Below, one piece after another: positions 14,702 through 24,597 of a stretch of DNA of 64,000 nucleotides. Within the stretch, counting starts at the first letter, position 1. Each line of letters starts with the position of its first letter. Below the pieces are notes generated by a model. It did no database searches. It was not told the origin of the DNA and saw only the letters and a program-made list of their open reading frames with translations. The stretch comes from Patescibacteria group bacterium (GTDB lineage: Bacteria > Patescibacteriota > WWE3 > UBA101185 > UBA10185), in assembly GCA_049322215.1 (NCBI GenBank), contig JBMORU010000001.1, positions 65,357-129,356 of the forward strand, given 5' to 3'. Both the position numbers and the translations under genes were made by a program.

Positions 14702-15187
14702 TTAAGGTAAAGAAATATCACATTTAGCAGCAGCTACCGTCATAACTTCGATTTCTTCTTTTATTATGCCTAAGGCTTCATCAAAACTTAATTTTCTATA
14801 GTTATGCGGAAAATAGTGAAAAACCTGATTTCTACCCTTTTTCCATACTTGCCAAAGTTTATCGGTAACGTCAGCGCCCCCTTTATCGTGTAAACATAGC
14901 TTTTGATAAATAGAAGTGTGTTCTTTCATAAACATGGGGTTTAAAATGCGCCCTATTCTTATTGAATCACCATAATATTCATCTTCTTTTATTAAATCTA
15001 AATCAAGAAAAAGTTGCTTTAAAAAGCCTTCATAAGCTTTTGAAAAAGGAAATACCAAAAAGGAGTAATCAGAAACACTTTTAAAGTGTACAACGTCGGT
15101 GAGCAATTGTTCCCCATCGAGTATTAGTTCTCTTTGATCTTCAGCCAAGTACTGCCAAAGATGTGATTTTTTATCTACTACTTCCAC
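14702..15187 (-). CDS. Stand-alone HEPN-domain protein resembling the RnlA/RNase LS C-terminal domain
   Basis: DYS..VFP..KAYEGFLK helix and RNQVFH (RxxxxH) motif. Confidence 0.6.
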   Translation of the reverse strand: MEVVDKKSHLWQYLAEDQRELILDGEQLLTDVVHFKSVSDYSFLVFPFSKAYEGFLKQLFLDLDLIKEDEYYGDSIRIGRILNPMFMKEHTSIYQKLCLHDKGGADVTDKLWQVWKKGRNQVFHYFPHNYRKLSFDEALGIIKEEIEVMTVAAAKCDISLP

Positions 15188-15203
15188 GAAAGAATCTTAG
15201 CAT

Positions 15204-15263
15204 AAAAAAAATGCCGTAGAAAATATATATAGTTTTTAGCTACATATACCTTTTACGGCATTT
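15204..15263 (-). terminator. Long hairpin terminator of orphan 15274-15969
   Basis: AAATGCCGTAAAAGGTATATGTAG / CTATATATATTTTCTACGGCATTT stem with G:U pairs, plus a T-run. Confidence 0.75.
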
Positions 15264-15273
15264 GATGTTGAAA

Positions 15274-15969
15274 CTAACCGTGAGCTTCCTGCCGGTTGGC
15301 TTCAAACAGTTGAATCAATTGCCCAGCTTGATGCATACTAAGTCTGCTAATGAACATACGCCACACAATCGGGTTTCCCATTGCGTTTAGAGCATTGAAC
15401 AGCAAATCAGGATCAATTTGTCGCATCATTTTGTCTAGTCTTTTGGCAGCCTGCAGTTGATTTTCAGTAACCACCCCGTAGGCATCCATTTCTTCTTGCA
15501 AACGGATCTCACCATAGGTCAAACCGGCCAACTTTGCAGCAAACCCGTGGTAACCATGCCCTACAATTGTGTAGTACACGTCAAAACGACCCAAGCGCAC
15601 GTCTGGTCTAATCTGCCCCTGTTGGTAGCCAAAATTATCCACCTGGGTCAACTCCTCTACAAGCCCAAACCATGCCGTATGACCATGATTAGCACGCAAC
15701 CCATCCAAGTGTTTTTTCCACCACTCAAACGCGCGTTCCTCAATTGACTTCGGATCGGTTTGCGTAGGGCCAGCATAAGACTCCAGCACCATCAAAACCT
15801 GGTCCAAAACATTACGTTCAGCCGCATTCATCGCAGCGTTGAACAAATTCGGTTTTTTGGGATCTGCGTTCAAAATTTGTAATGCGGCAGCCTGATCTTC
15901 TTCATTTGCCCGGTTAAACAGCTTCCCCAATTTCTTCTTCAACATTGCAGTTTTCATTACGGTTTTCAT
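15274..15969 (-). CDS. Hypothetical orphan protein (self-contained unit)
   Basis: 231-aa ORF, visibly more GC-rich than its neighbours; SD at 15978-15983; own promoter and terminator. Confidence 0.75.
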   Translation of the reverse strand: MKTVMKTAMLKKKLGKLFNRANEEDQAAALQILNADPKKPNLFNAAMNAAERNVLDQVLMVLESYAGPTQTDPKSIEERAFEWWKKHLDGLRANHGHTAWFGLVEELTQVDNFGYQQGQIRPDVRLGRFDVYYTIVGHGYHGFAAKLAGLTYGEIRLQEEMDAYGVVTENQLQAAKRLDKMMRQIDPDLLFNALNAMGNPIVWRMFISRLSMHQAGQLIQLFEANRQEAHG

Positions 15970-16020
15970 TTTTTAATCTCCTTATGATCTGTATATGAAA
16001 ATGAAACGATATTGCTGTAA

Positions 16021-16035
16021 ATTATACTATAGGTC
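16021..16035 (-). promoter_or_regulatory. ACCTATAGT motif abutting TATAAT -10
   Basis: Minus strand reads GACCTATAGTATAAT; 14 nt are identical to the site at 26447-26460. Confidence 0.7.
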
Positions 16036-16111
16036 TGCATAGTTGGCAATAGAAAACACTCTTACAACAAGCTTATAAAGGTTTTCTACAATTAGCTTCA
16101 AATTACTATAA

Positions 16112-18565
16112 CTACTTTTCTTCTGTAAATAAAAAGTGAGTACTTAACTCAATCACAGCAAATAATAAAAAGGCCATACCTAAAGCAACAAACCAATAAG
16201 TACCTATGGGAACAAGCCCGAAAAATTCACGTGTAGCGGCAGTAGAAAAAGGTACAAATTGCAAAAGTGCGCCACCAATTACGGCTAAAACTAACCACTT
16301 GTTGCCGAATAGGCTTTCTTTCCAAAACGGCTGGCTTAATGTTCTAACAGAAAACACGTAAATTAAAGAATTAATACCTAAAGAAACAAAAGTAACCGAT
16401 TGAGCTAAAAGTAAGTCTTGGGATGTTGTGTAAACGTACCAAAATATTAAAAATGCAAATACGCCTCCAACAACAGATACAAGGGCAATAAGCTTAGTCA
16501 TCCATTTAGCCACTAAAAGCTCTTTAGGGGAGCGTGGAGGCTTTTGCATTATGCCTTTTGACTTAGGATCAATAGTTAACGCTAAGCTAGGAAAGCCGTC
16601 GGAAATTAAGTTTACCCAAAGTATTTGAGAGGCTGTAACAGGAAGAACCGGCAAAAATAATAATGCAAGTAAAATAGTTAAAATTGCTTGAAAAGCATCA
16701 CTCATTAAATACAAAATTATTTTACGGATATTATCAAAAATACCTCGTCCTTCTTCAATTGCTGCAATAATTGTTGAAAAGCTGGAATCTAGTAAAACCA
16801 AATCCGCAGACTCTTTAGCTACATCACTTGCCTCACCAACCACTATACCAATATCTGCTTTAGATACAGCAGGGGCATCATTTACACCATCACCTGTCAT
16901 TGCAACCACCTCACCAGTACGTTTTAGTGATTCAATGATTTTTAATTTTTGATCGGGAGTAGTTCTTGCAAAAAGTTTAATTTTGTCGCCGTCAGATACT
17001 TCTGCATCTATTTGTGTATTAGACATGTTACGAAGTTCTGAACCTAAAACTATGTTGTCATCGCTTATGTGCAAACCAAGTTGCTGCATTACTGCCATAG
17101 CTGTTTTAGAGTAATCTCCTGTAATAACAAATATTCTAATTCCTGCATCCATAGCTTTTTGTAGTGCATTAGAAACATCTTCACGAACAGGATCAGAAAA
17201 AGCCAACATACCAATAAAAGTTAAATTTCCACTCGTTATATCGTTAATCTCAAGTCCGGTTTTACTATTGTTCTCGCGTTTTTGTGCAAATCCAATTACA
17301 CGTTTACCTTGAGCAGATAAGCTTTCTACCTTTTGTCGGTAAGAGTCCTTTTCTTCATGAGATAGTGTAGATAAATTTATCAGCTTTTCAGGAGCACCAT
17401 TTACAAAAATTAAGTTACTCTCATTGTCAAAATCGTTTAGAGAAGCAAAAAACATGTTGTCTGAATTAAACGGCAGGCTATCTAAACGCTTATATTTAGA
17501 AGTTATTTCCCCAGTATCAACAAGTTTACTTTTTCCCCATTCGGCAGCTGCTATAACAATTGGATCATCTAAATCATTAGCAACTAAAACTTGTAAAGCT
17601 AATATGTCTTCGTCACCTATAATATCTACAACAGACATAGAGCCTTTTGTTAAAGTGCCCGTTTTATCCACACAAATGCAGGTAACGCCACCTAAGGTTT
17701 CTGCAGATACTAAGTTTCTAACTAAACCTTTACGCTTTAAAATACGCTGCATTCCTATAGCCAAAACTACAGTTAAAGCAACTAATAAGCCCTCGGGAAT
17801 AGCAGAAACAGCTAAAGCAACGGATGTAGTAAAAATTTGTGCAGGTGAGTTTCCAAAAAGTATTCCGGTAATGAAGACTAATACGCTTAAACCAAGCACT
17901 ACATACGTTAACTGCTTACTAAACTTTTCCAGCTGACGTTTTAATGGAGTCGATTCTTTGAGCTCCTGTACGCTAATGGCAATTTTACCCATTTCAGTGT
18001 GTTCTCCAGTTACTGAAACCTTCATTAACCCGCGACCACCCGAAGCCACGGTTCCCATATAAACAATGTCTCCCATTTCTTTTGTAACAGGCACAGATTC
18101 ACCTGTTAAAATTGCTTCAGTCAAATATAAACGGTTTGCTTCAACAAGTTCACCATCTGCAGAAATTTTGTCTCCCTGGTTTATAACAACTAAATCACCA
18201 GGAACAATTTCACCCACAGGAATAGTGACTTGTTCACCATTTCTTATAACGTTAGCCTGAGGATGCAGCATGCGCTTAAGAGCCTCTAAGGCTTCTCCAG
18301 CACGTTTTTCTTGATAAAAACCTAAAACTGTATTTAAAAGCACTGCAATAAGAATAATATAGGTATCTTCATGATCACCTAACCACCATGTAATAACTGC
18401 GGCCACTATTAAAATGTAAACAAGGGGACTTTTAAGCTGTGATAAAAATATTACTAAACCACTAGGTGGCGGATTTTCGGGCAATAAATTAGGACCGTAT
18501 TCTTTTAAACGTTTTTGAGCTTCTTGTGTGCTTAAACCCTTTAAATCTGTTTCTTGCATAGACAT
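16112..18565 (-). CDS. Cation-transporting P-type ATPase (type II-like)
   Basis: TGES, IPEGL, DKTGTLT, TGD, MTGDGVNDAPA motifs; transmembrane helices. Confidence 0.93.
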   Translation of the reverse strand: MSMQETDLKGLSTQEAQKRLKEYGPNLLPENPPPSGLVIFLSQLKSPLVYILIVAAVITWWLGDHEDTYIILIAVLLNTVLGFYQEKRAGEALEALKRMLHPQANVIRNGEQVTIPVGEIVPGDLVVINQGDKISADGELVEANRLYLTEAILTGESVPVTKEMGDIVYMGTVASGGRGLMKVSVTGEHTEMGKIAISVQELKESTPLKRQLEKFSKQLTYVVLGLSVLVFITGILFGNSPAQIFTTSVALAVSAIPEGLLVALTVVLAIGMQRILKRKGLVRNLVSAETLGGVTCICVDKTGTLTKGSMSVVDIIGDEDILALQVLVANDLDDPIVIAAAEWGKSKLVDTGEITSKYKRLDSLPFNSDNMFFASLNDFDNESNLIFVNGAPEKLINLSTLSHEEKDSYRQKVESLSAQGKRVIGFAQKRENNSKTGLEINDITSGNLTFIGMLAFSDPVREDVSNALQKAMDAGIRIFVITGDYSKTAMAVMQQLGLHISDDNIVLGSELRNMSNTQIDAEVSDGDKIKLFARTTPDQKLKIIESLKRTGEVVAMTGDGVNDAPAVSKADIGIVVGEASDVAKESADLVLLDSSFSTIIAAIEEGRGIFDNIRKIILYLMSDAFQAILTILLALLFLPVLPVTASQILWVNLISDGFPSLALTIDPKSKGIMQKPPRSPKELLVAKWMTKLIALVSVVGGVFAFLIFWYVYTTSQDLLLAQSVTFVSLGINSLIYVFSVRTLSQPFWKESLFGNKWLVLAVIGGALLQFVPFSTAATREFFGLVPIGTYWFVALGMAFLLFAVIELSTHFLFTEEK

Positions 18566-18581
18566 GTAATAATGCTAGCAC

Positions 18582-18622
18582 AAAAAAAGACCGGGCAATA
18601 TGTAAGGGTTACACACTGCCCG
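18582..18622 (-). terminator. Hairpin terminator of orphan 18629-18988
   Basis: CGGGCAGTGTGTAA-CCC-TTACATATTGCCCG followed by GTC and T7. Confidence 0.75.
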
Positions 18623-18628
18623 AGTAAG

Positions 18629-18988
18629 TTAGCGCTTTCCTGCCAAAGTAAAAAAAGTTAGAACGTAAATTGCAATGAACACAAACATGTAAACCACAAT
18701 ACGCTCAAACATTGATATTCCTGGAGGAAAAAGCATACTTAGAAAAAAACATCCAGAGAAGTACATGGTAACCCATAAAAACAACAGCTGACTCACACCC
18801 GGATCTTTATAATCTCCCATCATATCTGTTGCCTGTTTATCTATACTTTTAAACATGTTGAAGTCGTTTTGATCCATGTTGAACCACTTCACAATTAGAT
18901 AATAATAAACTAAGCGAGAAAAATGAAGACCCAAGTACAAACCTATCAGCATTAGCATCCAGTCAAAGGGATAGTTTATTTCAAGCAT
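18629..18988 (-). CDS. Hypothetical membrane orphan protein (self-contained unit)
   Basis: Three hydrophobic segments; AGGAG SD at 18996-19000 favours ATG 18988; TATAAT at 19029-19034. Confidence 0.68.
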   Translation of the reverse strand: MLEINYPFDWMLMLIGLYLGLHFSRLVYYYLIVKWFNMDQNDFNMFKSIDKQATDMMGDYKDPGVSQLLFLWVTMYFSGCFFLSMLFPPGISMFERIVVYMFVFIAIYVLTFFTLAGKR

Positions 18989-19034
18989 TCGCACTCTCCT
19001 AACATAACGTTTTTGGTATGTTAGTTGGATTATA

Positions 19035-19102
19035 ACCTTATAGTTGAAATAATAACAAATTGTATATATAATTGTACCCTATAGCAAAATCACGTTAAGG
19101 AG
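19035..19102 (+). promoter_or_regulatory. sigma70 promoter with CCCTATAGC motif and SD
   Basis: TTGAAA(19044-49)-17 bp-TATAAT(19067-72); CCCTATAGC at 19077-85; variant ACCTTATAGT at 19035-44; AAGGAG at 19097-102. Confidence 0.72.
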
Positions 19103-19109
19103 ATTGATA

Positions 19110-19517
19110 ATGACTCAAAAAACAAAGCAACAACCAAAGGGTAGTGGCACTTTCTTGCTTTTCCAACTAGGGTTAGCGTCAAGTGTTGCGAGCCTAATTT
19201 TTGCTTTTTTGGTGGGATGGACAATGCCCGGATATGTGCATAAGTTCATTGTGTCAATGATTCTAGTAAATGTTCCTTTGCTAACCATGTGGATGCCCTA
19301 CATGCACCGGGATCAAGACAACCTACTAGCTTCAAAAAATATAAGCACCGTAGGGGTTTTTATCTATGGCATGGGCGTATTGGGAATCGTTGGAATTGGA
19401 CACTGGTTGCGGTTTTTCGAAACATCCAGCAACCTCTCCAATCTTGGACTGGTAACCTGCATTTTATTGTACGCAGTGGGGCTCACTATGTTTACCACCA
19501 AACTCCGCAAAAACTAA
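19110..19517 (+). CDS. Hypothetical 4-TM orphan protein (self-contained unit)
   Basis: Four hydrophobic segments; SD-led; followed by a perfect 16-bp inverted repeat. Confidence 0.7.
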   Translation: MTQKTKQQPKGSGTFLLFQLGLASSVASLIFAFLVGWTMPGYVHKFIVSMILVNVPLLTMWMPYMHRDQDNLLASKNISTVGVFIYGMGVLGIVGIGHWLRFFETSSNLSNLGLVTCILLYAVGLTMFTTKLRKN

Positions 19518-19525
19518 TCACCTAA

Positions 19526-19568
19526 AATCCATGTTTTGAGAAACAAAAAAACTCTCAAAACATGGATT
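19526..19568 (+). terminator. Perfect 16-bp inverted repeat after the orphan
   Basis: AATCCATGTTTTGAGA...TCTCAAAACATGGATT; no strong U-tail. Confidence 0.6.
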
Positions 19569-19607
19569 ACCTTTACACTGCAAAAAAAATCACGCATTAT
19601 TAATATT

Positions 19608-20555
19608 ATGGAACCTGTGCTTTACATATTTTTGATACTTGTTGCGTGTGGTGTTTTAATAAAAGCGGTAAATGCCTTTATTGAATCTTCAACTATTATT
19701 GCTCATCACCTCAATATATCTACATATACAATTAGTTTTTTAATAATATCTATAGCTACATCATTACCCGAACTAGTCGTTGGAATTAATTCTGGATTAA
19801 GCGGCAACCCAATTTTAGCTTATGGTGCTGTAATAGGATCAAATATTGCACTACTAACTTTAGTAATTGCTATACCTGTTTTACTAGGAGAAACGCTTTC
19901 AACTAACACCATTCTTTATAATAAAGATGCTTATTTAGGAGCTTTATTTACTATTATGCCACTTGCAATGTCTATAGATGGTAAATTAACACGAATTGAC
20001 GGCCTACTGTTACTAAGCGGATATGTAATTTACTTTATAGCTGTTTTAAAAAGAGGAAGTTTTTTTGAAAACCTTATAGAAAAATTTGAACATAGAAATA
20101 TGTGGAAACAAGGAACTTTATTTGTTGGATCCTTACTAGTAGTACTTGCTGCAAGCGAAGTTATTGTAGAATCAGCGCTGAATTTAAGTACATTAGTTGC
20201 ATTAGAATTAGGCTTTATAGGACTTTCTATAACGGCTTTAGGAACATCCTTACCTGAAATTGCTTACACTGTTTCAGCTTCGAAGCGTATTCATAAAGAC
20301 AGCGCACTGGGAGATATAATTGGAAGCGTAATTGCTAATTCTACAGCGGTACTAGGTACCGTGGCTGTAATAAAACCTATAATAATAACTAATGCCACCG
20401 TAGGTTTATCTTCGTTAACATTTTTGCTATTCACTATTTTGTTATTTTTGAGATTTGTAAAAACTAAAGAAACACTTGATAAAAAGGAAGCGTTACTTTT
20501 ATTTGTAATTTATATCGCCTTTATAATTTTTGAATATCAAATGCAATTAAAGTAG
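19608..20555 (+). CDS. Calcium/sodium antiporter (YrbG/CaCA family)
   Basis: Two alpha repeats, ATSLPEL..GSN and GTSLPE..GS; about 10 TM helices; start moved to ATG 19608. Confidence 0.88.
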   Translation: MEPVLYIFLILVACGVLIKAVNAFIESSTIIAHHLNISTYTISFLIISIATSLPELVVGINSGLSGNPILAYGAVIGSNIALLTLVIAIPVLLGETLSTNTILYNKDAYLGALFTIMPLAMSIDGKLTRIDGLLLLSGYVIYFIAVLKRGSFFENLIEKFEHRNMWKQGTLFVGSLLVVLAASEVIVESALNLSTLVALELGFIGLSITALGTSLPEIAYTVSASKRIHKDSALGDIIGSVIANSTAVLGTVAVIKPIIITNATVGLSSLTFLLFTILLFLRFVKTKETLDKKEALLLFVIYIAFIIFEYQMQLK

Positions 20556-20556
20556 T

Positions 20557-21816
20557 TTACTCTAAAGCCCCAGTATCAGTATAAATACCGAAATCATAAA
20601 GCGAAGGAAGTCCTGGGAAACGTCTATAAACTGTAACTGACTTAGTTGGCTGATCCCCCGCAACGTCATTTGTTATACTTCCCGTCGAAGTTATTTTATA
20701 CCCTTGAACAGGCAACCCATTGGAATCTTGCGTAGGAAACAAAACCATTTTTGCAGATTCATTAATAGTGCGTAATCTTAAATGGGTTATGTTGTTATCC
20801 ATAGTAATTATATGCCCATCGTAATTTTCGTACCCAACATGGTTGCAAGTACTTGCACTTTCAAAGTTATTTTCATAATCAATTGGAAATCTATTTATGC
20901 GATCGTTACTTGCAACACCATTTTTTTCCATTTCTACAGGCAACTCTGGTAGAGTTATATCTAATTTTCCAACAATATTTACATCATTAATCAATAAGTC
21001 TTCTTGAGTTCCAGAAAAACACTCGGCAGCAGGATACTGGGCTTGTTTTGTAGTATTAAAAGATCCTGATGAAATGTAAAAGGTGACATCCTCGCTGGCA
21101 ATGCTTGATACAGAAGTTGGGAGTTCCCAATATATAGATTCGCCGGGTAAAACCGCTTGCTCTTGCCCATCAATACCTAAAGACTCAACGCTTGCTATTA
21201 CATCAAATTCACAGCTAGCTTGGTTTGAATCAAAGTTCACAAAAGAGGCATATACAATACCATTTCCGTCTGCAGTGCATGCAGAAGAAGCCCAATAGTC
21301 CACAAAACATCCAGAGCGTATTTCTGTACCAACGTCATTTGCTGAATAAGAAGTATAGTACAAATCACTACCGTTGTTTGTATTAACTGACTGCCAACAC
21401 ACCTCTATAGAATTAGAAGCATAAGAGCCCATGCGTACATCATACGTTTGGCCATTTTCAGCAGTAAAATCAAAACCATTTGGGTACTGAGTACTACCAA
21501 AATAATCAACAGTAACTGAAGCATTAGTAAAAATAGGATCTGTAGAACTTTGTCCGGAACTGTAATCAATTACTGTAACATCTCCGGAATCTGCTAACGT
21601 TGCAAGCTCATTAAAAGGGCGAACTAAAAAGTTTTCTATTCCACCTTCGGCTGCGGCCAAAACACGCGCAGAAGTGTCAGTGTTTGTTACTCTAGAAACA
21701 GTGGACAATGTGCGTAACGAAATACCAACACCTAAAGCTAAAGCTATAACCATAACCGCTACAGCAAAGGCAAGAGCCTGTCCTTTTTCATTATTCACTA
21801 ATTTATTATTTTTCAT
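20557..21816 (-). CDS. PilX-like minor pilin / pilus assembly protein
   Basis: NEKG^QALAFAVAVMVIALALG class III signal and ARVLAAAEGGIE PilX N-terminal motif. Confidence 0.65.
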   Translation of the reverse strand: MKNNKLVNNEKGQALAFAVAVMVIALALGVGISLRTLSTVSRVTNTDTSARVLAAAEGGIENFLVRPFNELATLADSGDVTVIDYSSGQSSTDPIFTNASVTVDYFGSTQYPNGFDFTAENGQTYDVRMGSYASNSIEVCWQSVNTNNGSDLYYTSYSANDVGTEIRSGCFVDYWASSACTADGNGIVYASFVNFDSNQASCEFDVIASVESLGIDGQEQAVLPGESIYWELPTSVSSIASEDVTFYISSGSFNTTKQAQYPAAECFSGTQEDLLINDVNIVGKLDITLPELPVEMEKNGVASNDRINRFPIDYENNFESASTCNHVGYENYDGHIITMDNNITHLRLRTINESAKMVLFPTQDSNGLPVQGYKITSTGSITNDVAGDQPTKSVTVYRRFPGLPSLYDFGIYTDTGALE

Positions 21817-23771
21817 TTTCCGTACTCCCAAGTTAAACCTTCTTGAAATAAACCAGAATAATTTCTGTTTAAATTATCTTCACTTAACTCCTGTTTTACT
21901 AACTGTAGGTAGTAATAAGGATTATACTTCACAACTTCCACAGGTAATTCGTTTCGTGCACGTCCATCACGTGCAAAAATCACAGTACCCTCTTTAGATA
22001 TTAAAGGACTTTCTACAATAATTGGTAAATCAAAAATTATGTCAGCGTCATTAGCCCCTAATTGACTACTAAAAACTATATTTCCATTAACAATAAAAGA
22101 GGCCTCTATATTAGGTCTTGTGGTGGGTAAGGGATAAATAGTGTTTAAAGTAGAATCAAATATAACCGATCTGCTTACTACAAATATAATGCGCTGATAT
22201 GGAGAAACAGAATGTATGTTTTTATTTATATTCAAGTCACCATCTGTAACATAAATTACTACAACACCATTTTTCGATAACGAATAAGTTGCGGTTTCTG
22301 AAGCACCGTTTAGTGCACCTTCTATACAAGAGGAACTAGCTTTATAAGCGCGCATAGGGTTAAGCTTTTCATCTTCCTTGTTTGTGCTAAACATAGTATT
22401 ACAACTAATACCAAGTTCGTTATCTTCAATGCTTATTGCACCAACTGGGGGCTTAAAATTATATGAAGTAGGCCATGTAGCAACTTGAGATCTAATATTT
22501 TTCTGGTATCTATTATTGTCTTCGGAGTAACGGTCTTCGCCGTCGGGATTAACTACACTCAAATCTCTATTGCCAAATACTGTGCCTATCTGCTGTATTA
22601 AATAAGTTTTAAACGTATCGGTACCTAATACAATGTCTGAAGGAATTTCTGCATCTACACTGTGGAAACAATCAGAACAACCCCCATATATATCTCCAAA
22701 TAAAGAGGTAAACCACCCTGTAGATACAAGTTCGTAACCTAAGTTAATATTTTCAGACAAATCGTCTATATCTTTAATAGCACAGGCACTGGTTTGTACA
22801 CCGGAATCACTATTATCCACACATTTTAATCTATAAAAAGCATTTGGAGTGCTAGTTGGCGTTGAAACACTTCCACAAATAACACTATTATCTGCAATTG
22901 GAACATTGTTTATTTCATAACTGTAACCGCTAAAATCATTAGGATCCCAAGTACCATAAATATTTGGATCTCCTGAAACGAAAACTTCTACACCATCTTC
23001 TACATCATTAGGTTGAATTTCTAGAGAATTCTTGTCAGTGTCAGATATATTACAAGAGCTATCAGTGGCATCCCAAATTAGTCCTCTAATACGTGACAAG
23101 GAAGCAGAATCAGCGCAGTATGGAGTGCCTATAACTTTACCTTTAACTAGTCTATAGCTGTCGCTATACCAATTAATACCGGGTTCACCGTCGGGGTATG
23201 AAAACGGATTTACAGAAGGGCCTATGTGAACATCTGCCTGAATTCTACACAAACTGTCCGCGTCATCGGGTAAAAACAGTTCAAACGATGTTGATTCCCC
23301 AGGAGCCAACAATACCAAAGGTGTTTCCTCAACAAAACGCTGTAAGTTTAATCCTTCCATAGGGTCACCTCCTGCAGGTATTTCATAATAGGTTAAGCCA
23401 ACCCAATACCAACAGTTGTAAATAGTGTTGTTTTTGGCAGTACCAAATATAGAACCGCCGGTTTTAAAATCTACTGATAATGTTCCTGTAACTTCTTCTA
23501 CTCTCTTGTTTTCTTTCATATCACATATTTTAAATTGAGAGCTTTGAGTAGATGATAAATCGGGTAAGTAAGTGCGATTCACATCGTTAGTGTAATCATG
23601 GTTATCTATGATGGTATCTAACTTTATGCTTTCTGCTTGTGTGTCTGTAATAAATTCGTAGTCGTTGGTAGTTTGAGCCAAAACAGAAGAAGTGAAAAAA
23701 GAAACATAAACCAAGCCAAGAATTAAGGAATTAGAAATCGTAAAAATTATAGGCCTAGGAACAGAATTCAT
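21813..23771 (-). CDS. Large secreted hypothetical protein (pilus-associated locus)
   Basis: 652-aa ORF with signal peptide and paired cysteines; overlaps the PilX-like start. Confidence 0.6.
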   Translation of the reverse strand: MNSVPRPIIFTISNSLILGLVYVSFFTSSVLAQTTNDYEFITDTQAESIKLDTIIDNHDYTNDVNRTYLPDLSSTQSSQFKICDMKENKRVEEVTGTLSVDFKTGGSIFGTAKNNTIYNCWYWVGLTYYEIPAGGDPMEGLNLQRFVEETPLVLLAPGESTSFELFLPDDADSLCRIQADVHIGPSVNPFSYPDGEPGINWYSDSYRLVKGKVIGTPYCADSASLSRIRGLIWDATDSSCNISDTDKNSLEIQPNDVEDGVEVFVSGDPNIYGTWDPNDFSGYSYEINNVPIADNSVICGSVSTPTSTPNAFYRLKCVDNSDSGVQTSACAIKDIDDLSENINLGYELVSTGWFTSLFGDIYGGCSDCFHSVDAEIPSDIVLGTDTFKTYLIQQIGTVFGNRDLSVVNPDGEDRYSEDNNRYQKNIRSQVATWPTSYNFKPPVGAISIEDNELGISCNTMFSTNKEDEKLNPMRAYKASSSCIEGALNGASETATYSLSKNGVVVIYVTDGDLNINKNIHSVSPYQRIIFVVSRSVIFDSTLNTIYPLPTTRPNIEASFIVNGNIVFSSQLGANDADIIFDLPIIVESPLISKEGTVIFARDGRARNELPVEVVKYNPYYYLQLVKQELSEDNLNRNYSGLFQEGLTWEYGK

Positions 23772-23811
23772 ACACTAATAATAAACACACGAAGAGAGTT
23801 TTACAATACAG

Positions 23812-24336
23812 CTAATTGCTATTACTAAAAGTAGCAGACTTATAAAAACTTGAAGCAACTTTTTCAATAGGCACTATAACAGCCTCTGCAGAATAAGATC
23901 CCTCAGCTAGTGTATAAACCTCAGACTCGGGAAAACTACCCAAATCTAATACCGCAAGGTGATTATTTGATAAAGGCGTTTTAACGTAAAACTTCATATA
24001 TTTATAACCGTTCCAGGTTGGTGATGTTTCTACTAAAATTTGATGTAAATCAGATTTATCACCACTTACACTTCCCCAACGTTTACCTGACGTTAAACTT
24101 TTAGTGCAGATTTCTTTTTCTTCACATAAATATTCAACTAATTCCCATGGGGAATTTTTGGACATTATAGAAACACTAAACCCGGGTTTTGCGTAAGGAT
24201 CTTTAATGGTGGAGGTTCCTTTTACATCGGTTGAGGACGCTAAATTAACATCGTTATTTGCTATCCAAAATACAACGGGCAGTACTAACACTAATGTAAC
24301 TATTAAAACTACAGGCAGAGCGAATCCTTTTTGCAT
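23812..24336 (-). CDS. Type IV pilin-like membrane-anchored protein
   Basis: MQKG^FALPVVLIVTLVLVL prepilin-like N-terminus. Confidence 0.55.
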   Translation of the reverse strand: MQKGFALPVVLIVTLVLVLPVVFWIANNDVNLASSTDVKGTSTIKDPYAKPGFSVSIMSKNSPWELVEYLCEEKEICTKSLTSGKRWGSVSGDKSDLHQILVETSPTWNGYKYMKFYVKTPLSNNHLAVLDLGSFPESEVYTLAEGSYSAEAVIVPIEKVASSFYKSATFSNSN

Positions 24337-24597
24337 TGTTACTATTAAACACATGAAATTAAAAACACGTCAAGAACTAAAACGGTTATTTTATATTATT
24401 ATCACGCACTAAAACAAAAAACCCCAAGATTAACCAAACTTTTACTCAACCATTGATTTGTCCTGCATTTAAAGGAAATCTCTTTTTTCTTAAGAATGTG
24501 AGTACAAAAGTTAGACAAAATTTTTTAACAAATATCCTTCAAAAAGATCCTCGTAGGGTAATTAGCTAAAAATAACATTAAAAGCTATAATAACAGC

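Noticed and set aside
17424-17936. Long antisense ORFs (also 638-904, 38933-39367, 26642-27031, 49613-49939, 62008-62358)
   Set aside because: They shadow well-supported genes or tRNAs and lack motifs or initiation signals.
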